Positions 1 to 7,193 of a stretch of DNA of 42,187 nt are shown here, piece after piece. This DNA comes from Puniceicoccales bacterium (GTDB taxonomy: Bacteria; Verrucomicrobiota; Verrucomicrobiia; Opitutales; JAIRLG01). The DNA is taken from NCBI GenBank assembly GCA_031279255.1, contig JAITIW010000048.1, forward strand, positions 1 to 42,187, written 5' to 3'. Each line of letters starts with the position of its first letter. Position 1 is the first letter of the stretch. The translations under genes were made by a program, and so were the position numbers. The notes beneath the pieces were generated by a model that saw nothing but the letters and a program-made list of their open reading frames with translations, was not told the DNA's origin and did not search any database.

Positions 1-125
1 ATTCTTGGCAAAAGAATCTGTTGACATATAAAAGTCCGGTCAATCCTAAAATGTTAAGTTTTTTATATGACTGTTTTTATTTTTGTTTTATTTCGCCCAA
101 AAGACAGATTTTCATGCCCTTGAGA
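1..125. repeat. Inverted repeat, left copy (partner 11623-11747); may extend beyond the window start
   Basis: 1-125 is the reverse complement of 11623-11747 with one mismatch (CGCCCAAAAG vs CGCCCCAAAG). Confidence 0.95.
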
Positions 126-153
126 CTTTCTCCATCGCCGTACTCGACTGTTT

Positions 154-236
154 TCGGCTGCCTTTGGATCTCTTCGAGATCGCCCGCGAAGCGGGCTACA
201 GCCGGCCCCAGAGGGGCAGGCTGCAAAGGCAGCCGA
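154..236. repeat. Cloverleaf palindromic element, copy A
   Basis: 13-bp closing stem TCGGCTGCCTTTG/CAAAGGCAGCCGA enclosing three hairpins: GATCTC-TTC-GAGATC, GCCCGC-GAA-GCGGGC, CAGCCGGCCCC-AGA-GGGGCAGGCTG. Confidence 0.9.
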
Positions 237-310
237 TGGATGAAACCTACGGGTAAGCTCCCGACAAGACATTTCTCAGCATCACTCCCATAGCCATCGA
301 TCGGCAAATC

Positions 311-412
311 TACCGCCTTTGAGCCCTTTGGGCTCTTGCCCGCTACGCGGGCAGCGCTAAGAGAAAAAATGCAAAGCAAGAGCTTTCATTTTTTCCTATC
401 GCAAAGGCGGTA
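311..412. repeat. Cloverleaf palindromic element, copy B
   Basis: Closing stem TACCGCCTTTG/CAAAGGCGGTA; hairpins GAGCCC-TTT-GGGCTC, TGCCCGC-TAC-GCGGGCA and a long imperfect AT-rich third arm. Confidence 0.85.
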
Positions 413-604
413 AAAGGAGGCGAGTCCTCCAAAAAGGAAAGTGAATCCTTCTAACATCTAAGAAAAACACACTACTCGAGTAAAACTATTTAAATACCAC
501 TCCAACAGAGACAGCAAAATAGAGACAAACAACATTCATCGACCCACGAACACTTTTCTCTTGTCAAAAAAAATCCGGCTTTCAGGATGGGAAAGTATGG
601 CAAT

Positions 605-681
605 GCGCCTCTAGCTCAATTGGATAGAGCATCTGACTACGGATCAGAAGGTTGCAGGTTCAACTCCTGCGAGGCGTGCCA
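605..681 (+). tRNA. tRNA-Arg(ACG)
   Basis: Acceptor stem GCGCCTC/GAGGCGT, anticodon arm TCTGA-CT-ACG-GA-TCAGA, GGTTCAA T-loop, encoded CCA. Confidence 0.97.
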
Positions 682-761
682 ATGGGAGGAGATAGTTCCT
701 GTCGTTTTGCGGTTGTCTAAGTTTAAAAAAAACTTCGGTCGCCGTGACGACAATAGAGAAG

Positions 762-837
762 GGGGCCGTAGCTCAATTGGGAGAGCGCCACAATGGCATT
801 GTGGAGGTCGTCGGTTCGATCCCGATCGGCTCCACCA
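762..837 (+). tRNA. tRNA-Ala(GGC)
   Basis: GGGGCCG/CGGCTCC acceptor with G3:U70, anticodon arm CCACA-AT-GGC-AT-TGTGG, GGTTCGA, CCA end. Confidence 0.97.
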
Positions 838-1145
838 GGTTAAATCATCCGATCCGCTGCTGCGCTTTCGGATCGCATTGAAGATAGAGAAAGAGACCGA
901 GATGGGCGGATCAGGACGACGTTGGACTTTCGAGCTAGGCCAGAACCACATTGGACTTTCAAGCTAAATCAAAGAAAGATACAAGAAGATAAAAATAGCA
1001 GAAAATCTTGAGTACGCTGAAGCTGAGATATCCAACAGAGGCTTGTGCTGAATCTTTAGTGAAGCCTAAAGTACTTCTAAACTTCTGATAAAGATTATTT
1101 TATGACTGCAATCGCTGTAAAATACAGAATTTTCGGATATATATT

Positions 1146-1359
1146 AGTAGGATTTTTAAAAATCCTACTTTAAAACTGAAAGGAAATTTCAAAGCAATAC
1201 TTTAGTTTTTTTTGAAGAAATTTCAAAGTATAATTTTAGTTTTGCGATGATTTTCCGAAGTTCTACTTTAGTTTTGAAAGGAAATTTCAAAATAGTGCTT
1301 TACTTTTGGAAAGAAAAACTAAAATGTTGCTTTAAATTCGGAAGGATTTTTCAAAGTAG
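1146..1359. repeat. Perfect 24-bp palindrome followed by six degenerate ~32-bp tandem units
   Basis: AGTAGGATTTTTAAAAATCCTACT at 1146-1169; units start at 1166, 1198, 1232, 1264, 1296 and 1328, consensus about TRCTTTAnwwTTGRAAGGAwwTTTCAAAR. Confidence 0.8.
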
Positions 1360-1369
1360 TACCTATAAA

Positions 1370-2569
1370 ATGGACGAGATAAAAATATTCAGACGTCTTT
1401 TGCCGCCGTCGCTCAATTCCTTTTTCCTCTTCGGGCCGAGGGGGACGGGAAAGACTCTATGGCTAAAGCAGACATTTCCCGACGCGCTCAAAATTGACCT
1501 CCTCCAACCTGAGAATGCGCGGCTTTACAGCGCTAATCCGGAGCGCTTGCGGGACCTGACACTCGGGCGCCTGGTCACACAGCCGTCGCCGGTCGTCGTC
1601 ATTGATGAAATTCAGAGAGTACCTCAGCTGCTCGACGTCATCCACAGTCTTCATGAAAGCCATCCGCAGGTACAGTTCATCATGACCGGATCGAGCGCAC
1701 GGAAAATACGACGGCAGGACGTCAACCTCCTCGGCGGCAGGGCTTCTTGGCGTACCATGCATCCCTTTCTGGCGGCCGAAATGGGGCCGCAATTCCAGCT
1801 CTCTCAGGCACTACAATATGGCATGCTACCTGTCATCTGGGGACAAAGGCACCCAGCCGATGCTCTAAAGTCCTACGTCGGCACCTACCTCGAGGAGAAG
1901 GTCAAGCATGAGGGATTTTTCCGACATGTCGAACCCTTCGCTCGCTTCCTGTCCATTGCTTCTTTTTCGCATGGAAGCATACCCAATGCAACTTACATCG
2001 CTCGAGAATGCGGCGTATCGCAACCTACTGCCCAAACTTATTTTGAGATTCTGAAGGATCTCCTGATCAGCTTCCATGTCCCTCTTTTCTCAAAACGGGC
2101 GAAGCGGGTACTCATCAGCGCCAATAGGATGAAATTTTACTACGCTGATACCGGTATCTACCGGACTCTACGCCCCAAAGGTACTTTTGATCGACCGGAA
2201 GAAATCGAAGGACTTTGCCTCGAAGGCCTTGTGGCACAGCACCTGAGGGCCTGGTGCGACTATTTCGGTGACGGAACGAAATTATACTACTGGCGTACCA
2301 AAGCCGGAGTAGAAGTCGATTTCGTCCTCGACAGCCCCAACGGACTGTGGGCCATCGAGGTCAAGCACAGCGACGTCGTGCGGCGGGAGCATCTAAGCGG
2401 CCTACGTGCCTTTGGAAAGGACTATCCGGAAGCGCAACAGCTTTTCATCTACCGCGGCCACGAGACACTTGTCGTCGATTCCATCCTCTGTCTTCCCTGC
2501 GAAGATTTTTTGCGACAACTCAAAGGCCCGACTTTTTTAAAAATCGAGCCTTCCTTCACTTACCCTTAG
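1370..2569 (+). CDS. AAA+ ATPase (AAA_14-like) with C-terminal DUF4143 / PD-(D/E)xK nuclease-like domain
   Basis: Walker A GPRGTGKT, Walker B VVIDEIQ, TGSS motif, C-terminal YWRT..EVDFV..AIEVK. Start moved to ATG 1370 because the ORF-track extension translates the repeat array. Confidence 0.9.
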   Translation: MDEIKIFRRLLPPSLNSFFLFGPRGTGKTLWLKQTFPDALKIDLLQPENARLYSANPERLRDLTLGRLVTQPSPVVVIDEIQRVPQLLDVIHSLHESHPQVQFIMTGSSARKIRRQDVNLLGGRASWRTMHPFLAAEMGPQFQLSQALQYGMLPVIWGQRHPADALKSYVGTYLEEKVKHEGFFRHVEPFARFLSIASFSHGSIPNATYIARECGVSQPTAQTYFEILKDLLISFHVPLFSKRAKRVLISANRMKFYYADTGIYRTLRPKGTFDRPEEIEGLCLEGLVAQHLRAWCDYFGDGTKLYYWRTKAGVEVDFVLDSPNGLWAIEVKHSDVVRREHLSGLRAFGKDYPEAQQLFIYRGHETLVVDSILCLPCEDFLRQLKGPTFLKIEPSFTYP

Positions 2570-2588
2570 CGAATGTATTTATCGCTCT

Positions 2589-3537
2589 CTAGAAAGATAC
2601 CGTCATACGAGCGCCGAGCCATGCGATGGATTTATGATTCGTGAGGTAATTGGCCAAGTTGTTATTCGAAACATGTTTGCTATTGGAATTGATATTATAG
2701 TGGATGCCAATAGCCGACTCCACATGTCCATTCGGACAGAAGCATAATTCAAAAGTACCACCGGCATAAGCATAACGATTTTTCTCACTCGTGAGGTTAC
2801 GAATCTCCAATGGCATCCCATTAATCTTTTGAATATTGCCCAATTTCCCCGTAAAGAAGCGCTTTGCGCGGACATATCCGCCATTTACCTGAGTAGCTAT
2901 TTTTAACAAAGGTATACCTATACGTGCCAAATCGAAGCCATAATCCACCTTTCCTTCTAGCGTATAGGCTTTGCAACGGATATCATAATAGGCAAAAACC
3001 GAAGGCGTAACAGGCTCGAAGCATTTACAAATCACACCGGCTCCGAATTCCCAAATATCATCACGCGTATCATAACCATTCTGATCGTCACGCCAGTAAT
3101 GGATATACTTGGCATTCGCGTCCAATATCCAATCATCGTTCAGTAAGTAGCGCAGACCAAATTGCGTCCGCGTCTCATCGAAATCGAGCGTCAAGGCACC
3201 TCCTTCTGGTTTTGTCTGAATGGGAACGCTGAGAAACGTATCGATATAAAGTTCATACTTCCCCAACGGCAGAGCAAAAGCATGCTCCGTTTGCAAACAA
3301 CGTTTACAGCGCTCATATCCGCGATAAAAATATCGCTGATTGTATAGGATAGAACCCTCATAATTGGATAGAACCCTCATAATTCCACCGAGCACAGAAG
3401 TCCTCGATGCACTTAAAGCCGTGACATTTTTGATGACCATCGGCGCAACTATCACCTGCACAGCCACACCCAGCCGTTCCTCCCCATAAAGCCGAGCAAC
3501 AGGCCCACATTGATATACCAATTCCAACACGTCTCAT
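2589..3537 (-). pseudogene. Outer-membrane beta-barrel protein gene (Gcw_chp/TIGR02001-like), frameshifted by a 19-bp tandem duplication
   Basis: ATG 3537 with G-rich RBS gives signal-like MRRVGIGISMWACCSALWG and stops at 3360-3358. Removing one copy of the 19-mer restores a 309-aa frame with YFYRG motif, aromatic-rich strands and C-terminal Phe. Confidence 0.75.
3347..3384. repeat. Perfect 2 x 19-bp tandem duplication
   Basis: GGATAGAACCCTCATAATT at 3347-3365 and 3366-3384. Confidence 0.97.
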
Positions 3538-3898
3538 CCAACCCCCCTAGTAAAGTAGGATTCTAAAACAGGAGTTTTATCCTGTCAATGCGAAATTTAC
3601 AATTTTTTTACAAAGTTCTTTTACAAAAAAATAGATTTTCTCCAAAATGACATTAAGACGTCCCCAATTGCAAATGAAGGATACTCATATGAGTAAGCGT
3701 TAACGGTTTGACGCTTGTCAAACGACGAAATTCTTCTGTCGATAAATCTTTTAAACTCAAATATCTCATACTTTTTTCTCTAAACAACTATCTCTTTATA
3801 TCACTTATTTTTCGTTTCGAAGGAAGTCTGGTGAACGACCCAAGATAAAGCCATCAAGAGAAGATAGCATCTCATCTTAAGCTCTTTTTTCAAAAATC

Positions 3899-4789
3899 TC
3901 AAAGCTGTGCCTCTGCCTGTCGACGTATCTCTTCATATCGTTCCGGTAAAGGTTCTAACCCGATCATTTCCGGCAAAAAGCCGAGCTGTATGAGGGAAAA
4001 CCGGATGATAAAATAAAAATCGGCTCGCAAATTTCCCACGTTATATCGCCAACGCCAGCATTGTTGTCCCTGAAAAGTTCTCCAATGCACCCATTTGAAT
4101 TCTCCAGAACCCAACCATTCCTCATAATCTTGAGCAAATGCTAGACAAGCACGTATCCCTAATCTCATACCTTTATGAGGGGAATCAGCTCGCAACTCTT
4201 TCAAACTTTTAATGCAACTTTGACACCCTTTTGTAGCGTCTTCTAACGCAGCCCGTATCCGAAAATAACGTACTTCGCATTCTTCTCTCAGGGTTTCACC
4301 GTAAAGCTCATACTCCTGACTACCAGGAGGTGTTGGAATAAAGCCCGATTGCCGCAATAAAGAACGCAGATCTGACAAACGCTTGGATATTTCAAAAAAC
4401 AAATCAAAAGCAAAAACCAAACCATCCAGATAAAGATTATCCCCAAGCCATTGATGCCAATAATGAATCAGATCGTCTATGGGTAACAAATATACCCACT
4501 GCCATACACGCGTCTTATCAGCGTCATTCCAACGTCCCTTTGGTGCTTCTCGAAACACATAATCGAGCTTTTGCAGCCAAAGGGCCACATACTCGGAAAA
4601 TTGATTTCTCAAGCAAAGATCAAGAGGATAATACGGGTAATATTCATGAGAGACTTGTCCGTTCAGTATCTCCGCCATGGCCTCATGATCGCCTAATACA
4701 GATATATCTTCTTCCGTTAATTCCGCCGAGGTATTGGTGCTCCAAACCATCGCTGTTGTTAACAATATTCCTACACGATTCATTTTCAT
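3899..4789 (-). CDS. Hypothetical exported protein
   Basis: 296-aa ORF with signal-peptide-like start MKMNRVGILLTTAMVWSTNTSA-E; no family recognised. Confidence 0.75.
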   Translation of the reverse strand: MKMNRVGILLTTAMVWSTNTSAELTEEDISVLGDHEAMAEILNGQVSHEYYPYYPLDLCLRNQFSEYVALWLQKLDYVFREAPKGRWNDADKTRVWQWVYLLPIDDLIHYWHQWLGDNLYLDGLVFAFDLFFEISKRLSDLRSLLRQSGFIPTPPGSQEYELYGETLREECEVRYFRIRAALEDATKGCQSCIKSLKELRADSPHKGMRLGIRACLAFAQDYEEWLGSGEFKWVHWRTFQGQQCWRWRYNVGNLRADFYFIIRFSLIQLGFLPEMIGLEPLPERYEEIRRQAEAQL

Positions 4790-4829
4790 ATTTTTATAAA
4801 CTTCGCGTAAAATAATACTGAGATATGAG

Positions 4830-4866
4830 ACATTATTTTTACAATTAATAATTGTAAAAATAATGT
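4830..4866. promoter_or_regulatory. Perfect 18-bp inverted repeat with 1-nt spacer (possible operator or cruciform)
   Basis: ACATTATTTTTACAATTA-A-TAATTGTAAAAATAATGT, 40 bp upstream of the 4789 start codon; function is inferred. Confidence 0.5.
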
Positions 4867-5158
4867 AAATACTTGGTCATTCACATTAAACTCACCATTC
4901 GCCCCAATATTCTCTACGAAAAAATTCCCAACGACGAGATATAGTGCCCGATGGCTAAAATTTCATGATATCCTCCTCATGGACATTATCGTTTGCCTTT
5001 TGAGTAAAAACCCATAGAATCCTTCTTTGGGACTCAACGGGATGAAAAATGATAAGCGTCGCGCTGAATTGGCAGGGTGTATATAGCTCCTTTTAGCCGG
5101 AAACTAAGGTGTTTTTCATATTCCATGGCGGTAAAACAAAAAATCCATAAACAACATT

Positions 5159-5182
5159 AAAAAAGCCTCTAAAATAAGAGGC
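5159..5182 (-). terminator. Rho-independent terminator
   Basis: Stem GCCTCT/AGAGGC with 6-nt loop followed by T6 on the minus strand, ~70 nt after the stop at 5252. Confidence 0.65.
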
Positions 5183-5251
5183 AATTGATTTAAAAATAGT
5201 AAAGATACGCCATCTTTGTTAAAAACAGGCTCAGTAACTTAGTCATTCATA

Positions 5252-7054
5252 TCATCGAGTCAGCTTTTCTTGACATTTTTGAGCGAACTCACGATCACCT
5301 TCTCTTTCAGCTGCTTGGGCGTAATCGGATAGCACTTCACGATCAAAATCCCATGGAGCTCTTGGAACATCCAGCTCTCGGATCGCGCGGTAGACGCGTT
5401 CACAATTACCTTCATCTCGAAAGACAAAAGTTTGTTGCATACACTCAAGGTACTTTTGCTCTGGTTGACACTCATTTTGTAGTAAAGTTTCGAGTGCTTG
5501 AAATAATTTATCTCTAGTCCCGACGACAGGGCCAAATCCGTCTCGTAAATAGTCGAAATATCCACTCTGGTAGGTATGAGCACCTTGGGTCGTAACATTA
5601 TCAAACTGATAATAAATCACGGGACGCCTGAGCAAAGCCATCTCGAAGGCCGTCGATGAGTAATCGGTAATCATCACAGCTGATTCTAGAAAAACGTCTT
5701 GTATACTTCGGTTAAAACAAGTCACCTTTTCAATGCCTGGCAGTGTCCATTTACTTAAAAATTTACGCATAAGAGAGTGCGGGAAGAATATGATGCGGTA
5801 ACTGTATTTTTGAGCTAAGGCCGTCAGGCTTTTATCAGTTAAAAAGCCATTCCATTTTTCAAAATAATTCGTCCCTTGGAATGTCTTAAACATCTGATCA
5901 GCATTTTTTATTCCATCTGTTACGTCTTTGACATGTTTCCGCCATGTGGGCATGATTAAAATAGCCTTTTCAGGAAGTTTTTTGCCTTTGTTTTTTTTAG
6001 AAAACTCTCCGACTCTTCTGGCAAAATCTTTGGCATATCTCTGATTATCAGAACACCCCGGGTTGAGGTAACGATGCAATAAAGTATCATGGCGCGGAAG
6101 CCCCAGCATTTTCCCATGTGCCGGAAGAGTCTTGTAAGGCGTACCCTTACCGACGATACTATTGAATTCAGTGAATGTCGTGGTCACAAACAAATCCATT
6201 TCTTTGCCGTTAATCCATTCCGACATATCGTCTTTAATAACACCATGCTGCAAAAAGATGAAATGCTTAAAGCGCAAGAAATCAGGTCCGTAGCGTATCT
6301 TGAGCGCTTCAGCTGATTGCGACGAGATAATCTTCGAAGCTTTGTCGAGAATGGCCCTACAATCGTCAGCCACAAGCGCAGGCTTCTGGTCTTGTTTTAT
6401 CTCTTGTTTTAGGGCCAATAATTGAAATCCTTCTTTTGAAAGTTTGTTCCAGTAGGAATTGTCTTTACCATCGCCACCCATCTTGTTGATGGTGAAGTAG
6501 GGCGTAACATCACGTGAATGTTGTGTTCTTAGGAAACGATAAAAATGTTCGGCATTATCATCTCCTTCCGTACTGCGGTCTAGCAAAAGCCAAACATTCG
6601 CATTTTGTTCCGGATATTTTTCTCGCTTCAATCTTTCATAACGCGTCACGACATCTGGAATGTCGAAAACGTCTCTCAACGTTTCATTACCAAAAACATC
6701 TTTAAAATAACATGTCGTGCGGTTTACTTTAGCGGTCATACTTTTTACTCTTTCATAAGACACCAGCATATCGATAGCTTCTTGAGACCGTCCATCTTCA
6801 AGCTTGACGATATACTTTTTCTGAAAAAGAGGAGCAATTCTTTGGCCGTCTACTAAGATATTAAAGGTGTCTGGTAACCCTCTCGGGGTGAGAGGGAAAT
6901 AAGGATGGGGAAATTCCGAAATAGTGAAAAAAATTTCAGATTTGGCTGTGTCTACTTTTTGACAGCAAAAAACAGGAATAGCCGATAGTGAAGTTCCTAA
7001 GACTATCGACGCGCATAACGATAAAAATATCTGTTTTAGTTTTGTTTGATTCAT
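5252..7054 (-). CDS. CDP-glycerol glycerophosphotransferase family (TagF/TagB-like) protein with N-terminal signal-like sequence
   Basis: Motifs DDNAEHFY, FLQHGVIKDD, GLPRHD, IMPTWR, ITDYSS..FE, PVIYYQFD. GGAGGT RBS at 7066-7061 supports start at 7054. Confidence 0.9.
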   Translation of the reverse strand: MNQTKLKQIFLSLCASIVLGTSLSAIPVFCCQKVDTAKSEIFFTISEFPHPYFPLTPRGLPDTFNILVDGQRIAPLFQKKYIVKLEDGRSQEAIDMLVSYERVKSMTAKVNRTTCYFKDVFGNETLRDVFDIPDVVTRYERLKREKYPEQNANVWLLLDRSTEGDDNAEHFYRFLRTQHSRDVTPYFTINKMGGDGKDNSYWNKLSKEGFQLLALKQEIKQDQKPALVADDCRAILDKASKIISSQSAEALKIRYGPDFLRFKHFIFLQHGVIKDDMSEWINGKEMDLFVTTTFTEFNSIVGKGTPYKTLPAHGKMLGLPRHDTLLHRYLNPGCSDNQRYAKDFARRVGEFSKKNKGKKLPEKAILIMPTWRKHVKDVTDGIKNADQMFKTFQGTNYFEKWNGFLTDKSLTALAQKYSYRIIFFPHSLMRKFLSKWTLPGIEKVTCFNRSIQDVFLESAVMITDYSSTAFEMALLRRPVIYYQFDNVTTQGAHTYQSGYFDYLRDGFGPVVGTRDKLFQALETLLQNECQPEQKYLECMQQTFVFRDEGNCERVYRAIRELDVPRAPWDFDREVLSDYAQAAEREGDREFAQKCQEKLTR

Positions 7055-7193
7055 ATCCATACCTCCATTATAGTAGCCCCAGCAAACTGGAGTCGGCAGG
7101 CAATATAGAAAATTACTTACTTGAGTCAAATACATTCGGGCTCGCTTTTAAGAGGAAAAAGTCTAAATTAGGGAAATAACTTGGGATTGGTAT

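Noticed and set aside
154-236. Cloverleaf elements as tRNAs, tRNA pseudogenes or simple terminators
   Set aside because: Three-nucleotide loops, no T-loop or anticodon loop, no CCA, 11-13 bp closing stem and no consistent U-tract.
21-379. ORFs 21..293, 63..272 and 77..379, and their similarity to ORFs at 10674..11426, 11019..11210 and 11497..11883
   Set aside because: The shared peptides are translations of the non-coding inverted repeat and the cloverleaf elements.
850-875. Hairpin CGATCCG...CGGATCG after tRNA-Ala as a terminator
   Set aside because: 12-nt loop and no U-tract; too weak to call.
587-967. ORFs 587..967 and 637..951 (likewise 11721..11984 and the 13193 extension of secE)
   Set aside because: They overlap clear tRNA genes.
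1166-1359. CRISPR array interpretation of the 32-bp repeats
   Set aside because: Units are contiguous and degenerate with no unique spacers, and no cas genes are in the window.
4870-5126. Possible short gene remnant on the minus strand (MEYEKHLSFRLKG...)
   Set aside because: Only about 30 codons with no recognisable motif; cannot be supported.
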